This document shows, piece after piece, positions 48,691 to 58,662 of a stretch of DNA of 64,000 nucleotides. Source of the DNA: an uncultured virus (IMG/VR IMGVR_UViG_3300047157_000163). Its lineage: Duplodnaviria > Heunggongvirae > Uroviricota > Caudoviricetes > Crassvirales. Positions within the stretch are counted from its first letter, which is position 1; each line of letters starts with the position of its first letter. A program made the translations under genes and the position numbers. Below the pieces are notes generated by a model that was not told the origin of the DNA, searched no databases, and saw only the letters and a list, made by a program, of their open reading frames with translations. The stretch is from the IMG/VR virus record IMGVR_UViG_3300047157_000163. One strand, 5' to 3'.

Positions 48691-48829
48691 TAGCAGTCAC
48701 ACTTACCCATGCAACCACAGTCTCCTGCGTTGGTAAAGTTTACGTGCTTTTCTTTAGCGCTTTAGTTGCTGGAGCAGGCTTATAATTAGCTAATGCGCGC
48801 TTTGTAATAGGTTCTAAGTGATTTTTCAT
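48690..48829 (-). CDS. small protein with apparent 1-nt deletion
   Basis: adding one A gives MKNHLEPITKRA...DCGCMGKCDC, exactly filling the gap with overlapping start/stop codons. Confidence 0.45.
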
Positions 48830-49266
48830 CGTTCTTTGTCTTTAATCATATCGTCTATAGCTTTGTTATAGACTTTATCAGTATAACTCTTGTTCTTGTA
48901 AAATTTGCTTGATCTACCGATTGGTAAATCTTCTTCCCCAAGCATAACTCGATACATGCGTGTAATCAAGCGTTTCGCTTTAGGTGATGTTGTGAAAACA
49001 CTGTATTTGATTGTAGTCCTATTCCGATGACGCCAGACATCAATCCAGCCATCATTTCTAAGTCTTTCCCAGCGGTTTTTATCCCATGCATAGGTGTATG
49101 ACCCTTCTATAAAATCATTACGCGTAAAACGCTCTTTGCAATCAAGATATATCAGCAGCTCTAGGTCAGCATCTAATATATCGTAAGTCTTACAGGCCCA
49201 TTTCCTAACGAGCCTGTAATACTTAAACAAATTCATATCGCGTAAATCCGCGGGTGTTAGTCTCAT
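48826..49266 (-). CDS. winged-helix-like protein, copy 1
   Basis: DLELLIYL...RLRNDGWIDVW. Confidence 0.65.
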   Translation of the reverse strand: MRLTPADLRDMNLFKYYRLVRKWACKTYDILDADLELLIYLDCKERFTRNDFIEGSYTYAWDKNRWERLRNDGWIDVWRHRNRTTIKYSVFTTSPKAKRLITRMYRVMLGEEDLPIGRSSKFYKNKSYTDKVYNKAIDDMIKDKER

Positions 49267-49520
49267 TCTACAATAACAACGTCGCCTACGGTAATTACAT
49301 GAAATAAATCTTCATTCCATTCTATACCATGTCCAGCGTGCTTATCGTATCTAATTGTATCACCAACTTCAACGCCGATTACTAATGGTCCGCAGCTAAT
49401 AACTTCAGCTTTTAAATACCTAACGTCACTATTCTGCTTTTCAGTTAATTCAAGGCCGGCAACCTTTTTGACTGCCTCCTTGATTTTCTTTATAATAATA
49501 TAATTATTTACCGCTTTCAT
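49263..49520 (-). CDS. groES: co-chaperonin GroES, copy 1
   Basis: AEVISCGP...VEVGDTIRYDKHAG; adjacent to groEL. Confidence 0.85.
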   Translation of the reverse strand: MKAVNNYIIIKKIKEAVKKVAGLELTEKQNSDVRYLKAEVISCGPLVIGVEVGDTIRYDKHAGHGIEWNEDLFHVITVGDVVIVE

Positions 49521-51072
49521 CCATTCTCATATTAGAGATTACACAATCTGCAGAAATAATTGTTGTAGCTACACTAACTGCATTCTTTAGTGCGGTTTTG
49601 GTTACGAGTACTGGATCAATAATACCAGCCTTAACCATATTTACTTTCTTCCCCGAAGTAGCATCAATTCCATAACCTTTACGCGCAACTGGCTCGTCGA
49701 GCACAATATTTGCGTTTTCAAGAATGGTATTAAACGGAGAACTAAGAGCTCTAAGAAGAGCAGTGTATCCAACATTCTTATGTTTAATCTTTAATGATGC
49801 ATGCAATAATGCTGCGCCACCCCCTGCTACGATACCTTCTTTTAACGCGGCTTGCGTTGCATAGATGGCATCTTCTACTCTATCTTTCTTTTCTTTGAGT
49901 TCGACCTGTGAGTCAGCTCCTACATAAATCAGTCCAACCTTACCGGTTAACATTGATAAACGCTCTTCGAGCTTACCCCTAAAGTAAGGGTTTGTTTCAG
50001 AACCAATTCTTTCACGTACATTTTCAATACGATCAAGAAGCTGCTCATGGTCGGCCTCCACCTGCATCACAGTGTTCTTTGAAGAGGTAACGGATTTTAC
50101 CGCTTCTCCTAACACTTCGGGATTGATCAGATCCAAATCATCGCCAAGCTCTTCATTAATGACTGTAGCCCCAGTTAATATTGCTAAGTCTTCGATTGCT
50201 TCCTGCTTAGTTGGCCCAAACCCAGGTAAATCCACTATGTTTACCTTGATATTGCCTTTTACCTTGTTAGCTAGTAACGTTTGGTAAGGTTGTTGCTCAA
50301 CGTCAGCGACGATCAGCAGGCTTCTGTTCTTCTTTACAACGTGTTCTAAGACACTTTGTATCTTTCTTATATTAGGTATAGGCGAAGACACAATAAGGAC
50401 CATAGGGTTGTCTAAAACAGCTATGCCCTTATCTTTATCCGTTATAAGATGTGGTGACTTTAAACCTGAATCAAATTGAGTACCCTCTACAAACTCCACA
50501 TAAGTTTCGTTCGTTTCGGATTCTTCCATCAATACGACTCCATCTTTGCCAACTTTGCCGAAAGCTTCACCAATGAAGCCTCCAAGCTCTTCGTCGTTGT
50601 TTGTGCTAATGTATGCAACTTGCCTAAGCATTTCACCATCAACCGGAATACTGGTAGTATCAAGATATTCCAAGATCTCCTTAGCACAGTCTTCAACGCC
50701 TTTTTTAATTTCTCTAATTTTGTCATCACTTGTAAATTCACTTAGTTCTTTTAATAATGAGTGAGCGAGGACGGTCGAGGTTGTCGTACCGTCACCCGCT
50801 TCACGCACTGTATTTCGGGCAGCCTCTTTAACAAGTGTTGCACCGATGTTTTCGACCGGATCCATCAAGACTACGCTTTCTGCTACGGTTACACCATCTT
50901 TAGTGATGACCGGTCGGCCCAAAGCGTCTTCGTAGATCACGCATTTACCTGAAGCTCCTAAAGTGGACTTCACTGCGTTCGCTAACTTACTGACGCCGGC
51001 CATAATTTTTTCATTGGCAGCATTGCCAAATGTGAGATCCTTTACAATCTCGCTAGGGTTATTAAATTCCAT
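49504..51072 (-). CDS. groEL: chaperonin GroEL, copy 1
   Basis: [28 protein letters not shown]. Confidence 0.97.
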   Translation of the reverse strand: MEFNNPSEIVKDLTFGNAANEKIMAGVSKLANAVKSTLGASGKCVIYEDALGRPVITKDGVTVAESVVLMDPVENIGATLVKEAARNTVREAGDGTTTSTVLAHSLLKELSEFTSDDKIREIKKGVEDCAKEILEYLDTTSIPVDGEMLRQVAYISTNNDEELGGFIGEAFGKVGKDGVVLMEESETNETYVEFVEGTQFDSGLKSPHLITDKDKGIAVLDNPMVLIVSSPIPNIRKIQSVLEHVVKKNRSLLIVADVEQQPYQTLLANKVKGNIKVNIVDLPGFGPTKQEAIEDLAILTGATVINEELGDDLDLINPEVLGEAVKSVTSSKNTVMQVEADHEQLLDRIENVRERIGSETNPYFRGKLEERLSMLTGKVGLIYVGADSQVELKEKKDRVEDAIYATQAALKEGIVAGGGAALLHASLKIKHKNVGYTALLRALSSPFNTILENANIVLDEPVARKGYGIDATSGKKVNMVKAGIIDPVLVTKTALKNAVSVATTIISADCVISNMRMDESGK

Positions 51073-51096
51073 TATATTAAATTAAAGTGTTTTGGT

Positions 51097-51381
51097 TTAT
51101 TCGAATGTTTTAACGACTTTAGGTCCTTGCGCGAATTCGAGACGCGATTTGTAGTGCTCTATCGATTTATCAATAGCTTGTTCAGCACCATCTAAAGTTT
51201 CCCTGCGAGTTACATCTTTCCAGGAACCTTCTAATAACAACTCTGTTTGATAGTAGCCATTAGGTAATTGTACAATTCTCCAGTTCTTTTTTTCTGAAGC
51301 ATGTTCCCAGAAAGCTTTGGCTTTTTCGGATACTTGTTGGTCGCCACTTGTTGCAGTGGTCGTGCGGTAATAAAATGTCAT
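51097..51381 (-). CDS. hypothetical protein, copy 1
   Basis: ORF track. Confidence 0.75.
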   Translation of the reverse strand: MTFYYRTTTATSGDQQVSEKAKAFWEHASEKKNWRIVQLPNGYYQTELLLEGSWKDVTRRETLDGAEQAIDKSIEHYKSRLEFAQGPKVVKTFE

Positions 51382-51418
51382 TTGGTTTTTATTTAAGGTT
51401 ATTACTTACAGGGTATAA

Positions 51419-51821
51419 TTACTTGCGCATCAGCTTAGTTAAATCTTTCGTCTTGTCTCCAGAACCCATTGAAGAACCAAACCAATACCCATATACATCA
51501 CCTAAGGTACGCAAGAAAAACCCACTAAACGTAGTTATTAATCCTTTTTGTACTTCTGTCAATGCTTCCCAGTTAAGGAAGTCAGTAAATATAGCCGTTG
51601 CTAAACCAATAGCGATAAATAAAGTAACGTAAGTTAGTATATCCGGTGTGCTTTTATTCTTACCAAGTTCTCTAGCTTCTTTACGATCTAATACCTCTTG
51701 CTGATATGCTTCTTTAATAAAAGCTTTCTTTTCAGCGGGTGTATCAATAAATCTATCTGCAACCTCAGCCGCTTTGTCTAGTAGAGGCGCTGCGCTTCCA
51801 CCTAGTAGTTTTAATAATTTG
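51419..51821 (-). pseudogene. holin copy missing its start codon at the duplication junction
   Basis: junction removes the ATG; the upstream ATG (51836) is out of frame. Confidence 0.75.
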
Positions 51822-51832
51822 TAAGTGATTTT

Positions 51833-52273
51833 TCATCGTTCTTTGTCTTTAATCATATCGTCTATAGCTTTGTTATAGACTTTATCAGTATAACTCTTGT
51901 TCTTGTAAAATTTGCTTGATCTACCGATTGGTAAATCTTCTTCCCCAAGCATAACTCGATACATGCGTGTAATCAAGCGTTTAGCTTTAGGTGATGTTGT
52001 GAAAACACTGTATTTGATTGTAGTCCTATTCCGATGACGCCAGACATCAATCCAGCCATCATTTCTAAGTCTTTCCCAGCGGTTTTTATCCCATGCATAG
52101 GTGTATGACCCTTCTATAAAATCATTACGCGTAAAACGCTCTTTGCAATCAAGATATATCAGCAGCTCTAGGTCAGCATCTAATATATCGTAAGTCTTAC
52201 AGGCCCATTTCCTAACGAGCCTGTAATACTTAAACAAATTCATATCGCGTAAATCCGCGGGTGTTAGTCTCAT
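51833..52273 (-). CDS. winged-helix-like protein, copy 2
   Basis: identical protein to copy 1. Confidence 0.65.
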   Translation of the reverse strand: MRLTPADLRDMNLFKYYRLVRKWACKTYDILDADLELLIYLDCKERFTRNDFIEGSYTYAWDKNRWERLRNDGWIDVWRHRNRTTIKYSVFTTSPKAKRLITRMYRVMLGEEDLPIGRSSKFYKNKSYTDKVYNKAIDDMIKDKER

Positions 52274-52527
52274 TCTACAATAACAACGTCGCCTACGGTA
52301 ATTACATGAAATAAATCTTCATTCCATTCTATACCATGTCCAGCGTGCTTATCGTATCTAATTGTATCACCAACTTCAACGCCGATTACTAATGGTCCGC
52401 AGCTAATAACTTCAGCTTTTAAATACCTAACGTCACTATTCTGCTTTTCAGTTAATTCAAGGCCGGCAACCTTTTTGACTGCCTCCTTGATTTTCTTTAT
52501 AATAATATAATTATTTACCGCTTTCAT
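52270..52527 (-). CDS. groES: co-chaperonin GroES, copy 2
   Basis: identical to copy 1. Confidence 0.85.
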   Translation of the reverse strand: MKAVNNYIIIKKIKEAVKKVAGLELTEKQNSDVRYLKAEVISCGPLVIGVEVGDTIRYDKHAGHGIEWNEDLFHVITVGDVVIVE

Positions 52528-54079
52528 CCATTCTCATATTAGAGATTACACAATCTGCAGAAATAATTGTTGTAGCTACACTAACTGCATTCTTTAGTGC
52601 GGTTTTGGTTACGAGCACTGGATCAATAATACCAGCCTTAACCATATTTACTTTCTTCCCCGAAGTAGCATCAATTCCATAACCTTTACGCGCAACTGGC
52701 TCGTCGAGCACAATATTTGCGTTTTCAAGAATGGTATTAAACGGAGAACTAAGAGCTCTAAGAAGAGCAGTGTATCCAACATTCTTATGTTTAATCTTTA
52801 ATGATGCATGCAATAATGCTGCGCCACCCCCTGCTACGATACCTTCTTTTAACGCGGCTTGCGTTGCATAGATGGCATCTTCTACTCTATCTTTCTTTTC
52901 TTTGAGTTCGACCTGTGAGTCAGCTCCTACATAAATCAGTCCAACCTTACCGGTTAACATTGATAAACGCTCTTCGAGCTTACCCCTAAAGTAAGGGTTT
53001 GTTTCAGAACCAATTCTTTCACGTACATTTTCAATACGATCAAGAAGCTGCTCATGGTCGGCCTCCACCTGCATCACAGTGTTCTTTGAAGAGGTAACGG
53101 ATTTTACCGCTTCTCCTAACACTTCGGGATTGATCAGATCCAAATCATCGCCAAGCTCTTCATTAATGACTGTAGCCCCAGTTAATATTGCTAAGTCTTC
53201 GATTGCTTCCTGCTTAGTTGGCCCAAACCCAGGTAAATCCACTATGTTTACCTTGATATTGCCTTTTACCTTGTTAGCTAGTAACGTTTGGTAAGGTTGT
53301 TGCTCAACGTCAGCGACGATCAGCAGGCTTCTGTTCTTCTTTACAACGTGTTCTAAGACACTTTGTATCTTTCTTATATTAGGTATAGGCGAAGACACAA
53401 TAAGGACCATAGGGTTGTCTAAAACAGCTATGCCCTTATCTTTATCTGTTATAAGATGTGGTGACTTTAAACCTGAATCAAATTGAGTACCCTCTACAAA
53501 CTCCACATAAGTTTCGTTCGTTTCGGATTCTTCCATCAATACGACTCCATCTTTGCCAACTTTGCCGAAAGCTTCACCAATGAAGCCTCCAAGCTCTTCG
53601 TCGTTGTTTGTGCTAATGTATGCAACTTGCCTAAGCATTTCACCATCAACCGGAATACTGGTAGTATCAAGATATTCCAAGATCTCCTTAGCACAGTCTT
53701 CAACGCCTTTTTTAATTTCTCTAATTTTGTCATCACTTGTAAATTCACTTAGTTCTTTTAATAATGAGTGAGCGAGGACGGTCGAGGTTGTCGTACCGTC
53801 ACCCGCTTCACGCACTGTATTTCGGGCAGCCTCTTTAACAAGTGTTGCACCGATGTTTTCGACCGGATCCATCAAGACTACGCTTTCTGCTACGGTTACA
53901 CCATCTTTAGTGATGACCGGTCGGCCCAAGGCGTCTTCGTAGATCACGCATTTACCTGAAGCTCCTAAAGTGGACTTCACTGCGTTCGCTAACTTACTGA
54001 CGCCGGCCATAATTTTTTCATTGGCAGCATTGCCAAATGTGAGATCCTTTACAATCTCGCTAGGGTTATTAAATTCCAT
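52511..54079 (-). CDS. groEL: chaperonin GroEL, copy 2
   Basis: identical protein to copy 1. Confidence 0.97.
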   Translation of the reverse strand: MEFNNPSEIVKDLTFGNAANEKIMAGVSKLANAVKSTLGASGKCVIYEDALGRPVITKDGVTVAESVVLMDPVENIGATLVKEAARNTVREAGDGTTTSTVLAHSLLKELSEFTSDDKIREIKKGVEDCAKEILEYLDTTSIPVDGEMLRQVAYISTNNDEELGGFIGEAFGKVGKDGVVLMEESETNETYVEFVEGTQFDSGLKSPHLITDKDKGIAVLDNPMVLIVSSPIPNIRKIQSVLEHVVKKNRSLLIVADVEQQPYQTLLANKVKGNIKVNIVDLPGFGPTKQEAIEDLAILTGATVINEELGDDLDLINPEVLGEAVKSVTSSKNTVMQVEADHEQLLDRIENVRERIGSETNPYFRGKLEERLSMLTGKVGLIYVGADSQVELKEKKDRVEDAIYATQAALKEGIVAGGGAALLHASLKIKHKNVGYTALLRALSSPFNTILENANIVLDEPVARKGYGIDATSGKKVNMVKAGIIDPVLVTKTALKNAVSVATTIISADCVISNMRMDESGK

Positions 54080-54103
54080 TATATTAAATTAAAGTGTTTT
54101 GGT

Positions 54104-54388
54104 TTATTCGAATGTTTTAACGACTTTAGGTCCTTGCGCGAATTCGAGACGCGATTTGTAGTGCTCTATCGATTTATCAATAGCTTGTTCAGCACCATCT
54201 AAAGTTTCCCTGCGAGTTACATCTTTCCAGGAACCTTCTAATAACAACTCTGTTTGATAGTAGCCATTAGGTAATTGTACAATTCTCCAGTTCTTTTTTT
54301 CTGAAGCATGTTCCCAGAAAGCTTTGGCTTTTTCGGATACTTGTTGGTCGCCACTTGTTGCAGTGGTCGTGCGGTAATAAAATGTCAT
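54104..54388 (-). CDS. hypothetical protein, copy 2
   Basis: identical to copy 1. Confidence 0.75.
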   Translation of the reverse strand: MTFYYRTTTATSGDQQVSEKAKAFWEHASEKKNWRIVQLPNGYYQTELLLEGSWKDVTRRETLDGAEQAIDKSIEHYKSRLEFAQGPKVVKTFE

Positions 54389-54425
54389 TTGGTTTTTATT
54401 TAAGGTTATTACTTACAGGGTATAA

Positions 54426-54833
54426 TTACTTGCGCATCAGCTTAGTTAAATCTTTCGTCTTGTCTCCAGAACCCATTGAAGAACCAAACCAATACCCATA
54501 TACATCACCTAAGGTACGCAAGAAAAACCCACTAAACGTAGTTATTAATCCTTTTTGTACTTCTGTCAATGCTTCCCAGTTAAGGAAGTCAGTAAATATA
54601 GCCGTTGCTAAACCAATAGCGATAAATAAAGTAACGTAAGTTAGTATATCCGGTGTGCTTTTATTCTTACCAAGTTCTCTAGCTTCTTTACGATCTAATA
54701 CCTCTTGCTGATATGCTTCTTTAATAAAAGCTTTCTTTTCAGCGGGTGTATCAATAAATCTATCTGCAACCTCAGCCGCTTTGTCTAGTAGAGGCGCTGC
54801 GCTTCCACCTAGTAGTTTTAATAATTTGCTCAT
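54426..54833 (-). CDS. putative holin (GTA 3TM-like)
   Basis: MSKLLKLLGG..., TM helices, YWFGSSMGS. Confidence 0.65.
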   Translation of the reverse strand: MSKLLKLLGGSAAPLLDKAAEVADRFIDTPAEKKAFIKEAYQQEVLDRKEARELGKNKSTPDILTYVTLFIAIGLATAIFTDFLNWEALTEVQKGLITTFSGFFLRTLGDVYGYWFGSSMGSGDKTKDLTKLMRK

Positions 54834-54949
54834 AATGTATTTATGTATTGTTGGCACTCTTCTTCTGTTCCATAAAATTCAGGTGTACCATCGTTTAATA
54901 CTTCAAAAACAGTTGCTTCTTCGTCGTATGGTAAAATTTCGTAAGCCAT
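54830..54949 (-). CDS. 39-aa acidic peptide
   Basis: MAYEILPYDEE...; TAATG and ATGA overlaps with both neighbours. Confidence 0.6.
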   Translation of the reverse strand: MAYEILPYDEEATVFEVLNDGTPEFYGTEEECQQYINTL

Positions 54950-55908
54950 TAGTATGCGGTTATTGTTCCGTTAGTAATTGTATTAGTGTACTTACTGTTG
55001 CTATCGTTAGCGTTATTGTTATCAAAAGTCCACTCTGTTATAAGACCGCTTGTAACTGTTTGACTACTGTCTGCTATAACGCCACTGTTATATAGGGTTG
55101 TTACCTCGCTTGAGGACAATACTTTGTTGTATATCTTTATCTCATCGTAGTCCAAAGTAGCATTACCCGCACTATTGGTAAGGTGTATGTTTTCTCCAAT
55201 TTTCCCCTTAGTAGCATTAATAGCTGTTCTTGTTCCATTATTAGCATTTGATTGAGAAGTACACTCCGTAGCGTTCCAGTACAGTTTAAATGCGTTAGCT
55301 GCGTTTGTTAGCGAAGCATCGTAGGTTATTGTAATCATACAGAACCCATCACTATTCACATTCCCTCTTGCACTGCTTTTCCATTTTGCACTACTATTAA
55401 TTCCAGTAGCAGAATTATCGTGTAATGGCCATTGCCTATCAAAGTTTGTGCTATTAGTCCTTATCCTCGCAATAAGTCTATTTAAGCTTTGGCTATACGT
55501 CAACATAAATCTGTTATTGCCGTTCGAGTTTGTATTACCAAAGTTCCAAAGTAATTGATTTTGCAAGCTGCCCGTGTTGCGTACCCATATACTAAAACTC
55601 AAATCTTGCGTAGTATTTATACTAAACGGTGAAGTGCTAGTAGTGCAATTTATATAATCACCCGTACCATCGTTTTGATAGTACCTCGTGTTTGAGTATG
55701 CTGCGGCTGCACTATGGTCGTAGCTATAAAACTCGCTAATAGCGTGAGGCGCAGTACCGTCTGGGCGGTCTGAAGAAGCATTGTTAGTGTTTATAGTTGA
55801 CGCCGTTCCATCAGAAGCATCTTTGAGACTAAGTCTTCTAGTTTCCTGAAGCCCAAATTCTACGTTTAATTCAGACATTTTTATTTGTCCGCTACTTTGT
55901 AATGCCAT
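54949..55908 (-). CDS. tail-tip protein with LamG/ConA-like lectin domain
   Basis: SFSIWV...ITITYD...KLYWN...DEIKIYNKVLS..EV..LYN. Confidence 0.75.
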   Translation of the reverse strand: MALQSSGQIKMSELNVEFGLQETRRLSLKDASDGTASTINTNNASSDRPDGTAPHAISEFYSYDHSAAAAYSNTRYYQNDGTGDYINCTTSTSPFSINTTQDLSFSIWVRNTGSLQNQLLWNFGNTNSNGNNRFMLTYSQSLNRLIARIRTNSTNFDRQWPLHDNSATGINSSAKWKSSARGNVNSDGFCMITITYDASLTNAANAFKLYWNATECTSQSNANNGTRTAINATKGKIGENIHLTNSAGNATLDYDEIKIYNKVLSSSEVTTLYNSGVIADSSQTVTSGLITEWTFDNNNANDSNSKYTNTITNGTITAY

Positions 55909-55910
55909 AA

Positions 55911-58661
55911 TTAAGGATTAAATATGTCTGAGAATGCAATTACATCTCCCTTCATGTGCAAGTCTCCATCAGACTCCATACGAGCTACCCAAACCCCACC
56001 AACGTAAAAATCAATAACATTAGTATCAGCGCCAATAGCAATATAATTACTAGTGTCTTTTCCTACTCTTGTGACGCCGTCCCTTAAATCTGACTCAATA
56101 CTAAATGTTGTGCCAGTTAAATCAAGACCAGTACCTGCTGAATAAGTTGTGTTTGTATTAGTCGTATAAGAAGGCGTTGCCCATGTTGCTGTACCGTCAG
56201 AAGAATACTTTAAGAACTGCCCCGCTGCGCCACCCGCAGGTATGTGCTTATTACCAGCAGTAGTTGGGTGAGTATACACCGTGTCTGTGTCTGTAGAATT
56301 AATTGTTCCGTCTGATGCTATTGTTACATTATTTCCAGCGGTAAACATCCCAATTACATCAGCCTGACTTAACTGGTTATCTGTGTTTGTGGTATAGCTT
56401 GGAGTAGCCCAAGTTGCTGTACCGCTAGAAGAATACCTTAAAAACTGACCTGAAGAACCACCTGTAGGGATGTGGTTGTTACCATCGCCTGTAGGGTGAA
56501 CATACACTGTGTCTGTATAATTACCAGAATGAATGTTCGTGCTTCCTTGGTCAGTAGTCCAGTCTATTATTGCATTCCCGCTTGGAATAGCGGTATTACC
56601 CGCCATTGCCGTGGTAGAAGTTGTACCTATAGCAAGCGCATCAGTAATTCCGTAACCACTAATAGTCGTAGGAGTACCTGTAAGGTCTGAGAATGCTACA
56701 GAAGTTAGATACGTACTATCACTATCAAACTTTGTTGTACCTCCAGCTACAATTCTTACTCTATCCGCAGTAAGTCTAATGTAAGTATTTGAATCTCCGT
56801 TGTGATAAATATATTCATTAAAACCAGCGTTACCAGCTACATCTAACTTATATGTAGGATTCGTAGTGCCAATACCTAAACTTCCTCCATCAATCCATGA
56901 GCTACCCGCAGAATCTAATCTAATTTCTTCTATGCTGCTTGTACCATTAAAAGCGTACAAGGAAAACAATCCTTTATCAACATCAGCACCAACACCTCTT
57001 GGTATAATTCTACTAAGAGCTTTGTCTGATGACTTTGTAAAAAAGAATGTTGTATCGCCCTGTACTGTTAAAGTTCCAGTTACTGTGCCTCCTGCTTTAG
57101 GCAATGCGTCATCAGCTCTTGTTCCTTGAGTTGATGTAGCGTAGGCAGTGGAAGCTGTTGCTGCTGCTGTGCCTAATGTAGGTAACCCACTAAGGGAACT
57201 ATAAGCTCCGTCAAACAAAGAAGTATTACCAGCCATTGCCGTAGTAGCTGTTGTACCTATAGTAAGTGGTGTTAAATTACCACTATGATATATGGTGTGC
57301 TTTGTTACTTCAGTTAGTCCATTAGGTGCGCTTGTGCTAGCTGAATCAAAATTATAAGTAACTGTACCAAATTGAGATAAGACGGTAAACTGGTTATTTT
57401 GATTATAGTCAGACATTAACGCCCAAATCTCGTAGTCGTTATTAGCCGCTTGACGATAATAAAATTCGTAGTCATCAGCTACAGCAGAATGCGATGTCTG
57501 ATAAACGTCAAAACTTATTGTCGTTCTAGTCCCTATCTGAATCTCATATGAAGCTTTATCAGCATCACCGTAATCACCAGCAGCCGATAATATACCTGTC
57601 ACACCAGCATCAAAGTCATCTAAAGTAAACAGCTTCGCGTAGTATCTATTACCACTAGCAGTACTTCCAGGATTAAACGTATACTTTCGTGTAAAACCGC
57701 CGCTGTCAATACCATCTAGTAAATTAGAGTCAGCTGCTTTGCCAGTTGTTGATAAAGCACCTAAAGAAGAAAGCGTTGGTAGTACTTGGTCACCTGTGTT
57801 AGTACCAGACGATGAGCCAGAGAAGTTGTCTGCTGTAAGGTCTCCGTCAACATCAACATCATTGAAGAAATAAGCTTTAGGAGTAGAAGCACCACCTTGA
57901 ATTCTAAGACCTACTTGCTCTGCACCAGATGCAGACTTTACGTAAAAGTCCATATCAGTTCGTGTTGCCGAAGAATTGGTTTCAAGCACTATTTTACCCC
58001 AGTTCTGATGAGACCCATTATAATCTGACTGAAACTGCATTTTAAACAGCAAGTCGTTAGTAGATGGGTTTGTACCATCGTGAAGTAGTGTGAAGGTGGG
58101 AGCGTCATTCTGGTTTGAAACAGTTACGTCACCGCCAGCTACAGTTAAATCTCCGCCCGCGTATATATTACTTGCAAATGTTGCGTTTTGGGTTGGATGC
58201 AATGTTAAAGTTAAATCCTCATCTGACGTTCCGTTTGCATTAGAGGTGTAAAACCTCATCTCTTGATTGTATCCACCAGTATTAGCAGTTCTTATACTGC
58301 CTAACCAATCTCCGTCATTAGACGATATACCTCTAATTAATACTGACTCTTGATTTGTGGTATTTGTTCCTTGTATGTATAGAGCGTCTGTAAGTTTATT
58401 TCCAGAACCCGCAGCTAAAGGAAGCTTAGTAGCAATACTATTCGTTACAGTGGTAGAAAAGCTAGCGTCATCCCCTAATGCAGCAGCAAGCTCATTAAGC
58501 GTGTTTAATGCCGAAGGTGATGAGTCAATAAGGTTTGTAATCTGTGTGCCTACATACGCCTCTGTAGCAACACCGTTACCGCCAAGGGTCATGGTGGATG
58601 CAGCTGCCGATGAGTCAGATGTAATATTTAAATGTCTTTTAGAAGAGCCTACAGTAGCCAT
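55911..58661 (-). CDS. tail fibre protein
   Basis: LNTLNELAAALGDD, LGIGTTNP, Thr/Gly-rich internal repeats. Confidence 0.8.
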   Translation of the reverse strand: MATVGSSKRHLNITSDSSAAASTMTLGGNGVATEAYVGTQITNLIDSSPSALNTLNELAAALGDDASFSTTVTNSIATKLPLAAGSGNKLTDALYIQGTNTTNQESVLIRGISSNDGDWLGSIRTANTGGYNQEMRFYTSNANGTSDEDLTLTLHPTQNATFASNIYAGGDLTVAGGDVTVSNQNDAPTFTLLHDGTNPSTNDLLFKMQFQSDYNGSHQNWGKIVLETNSSATRTDMDFYVKSASGAEQVGLRIQGGASTPKAYFFNDVDVDGDLTADNFSGSSSGTNTGDQVLPTLSSLGALSTTGKAADSNLLDGIDSGGFTRKYTFNPGSTASGNRYYAKLFTLDDFDAGVTGILSAAGDYGDADKASYEIQIGTRTTISFDVYQTSHSAVADDYEFYYRQAANNDYEIWALMSDYNQNNQFTVLSQFGTVTYNFDSASTSAPNGLTEVTKHTIYHSGNLTPLTIGTTATTAMAGNTSLFDGAYSSLSGLPTLGTAAATASTAYATSTQGTRADDALPKAGGTVTGTLTVQGDTTFFFTKSSDKALSRIIPRGVGADVDKGLFSLYAFNGTSSIEEIRLDSAGSSWIDGGSLGIGTTNPTYKLDVAGNAGFNEYIYHNGDSNTYIRLTADRVRIVAGGTTKFDSDSTYLTSVAFSDLTGTPTTISGYGITDALAIGTTSTTAMAGNTAIPSGNAIIDWTTDQGSTNIHSGNYTDTVYVHPTGDGNNHIPTGGSSGQFLRYSSSGTATWATPSYTTNTDNQLSQADVIGMFTAGNNVTIASDGTINSTDTDTVYTHPTTAGNKHIPAGGAAGQFLKYSSDGTATWATPSYTTNTNTTYSAGTGLDLTGTTFSIESDLRDGVTRVGKDTSNYIAIGADTNVIDFYVGGVWVARMESDGDLHMKGDVIAFSDIFNP

Positions 58662-58662
58662 A

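Larger units (their letters stand above)
48815..54828. repeat. 3007-bp tandem duplication (48815-51821 / 51822-54828)
   Basis: identical ORF sets offset by 3007; four SNPs seen. Confidence 0.97.
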
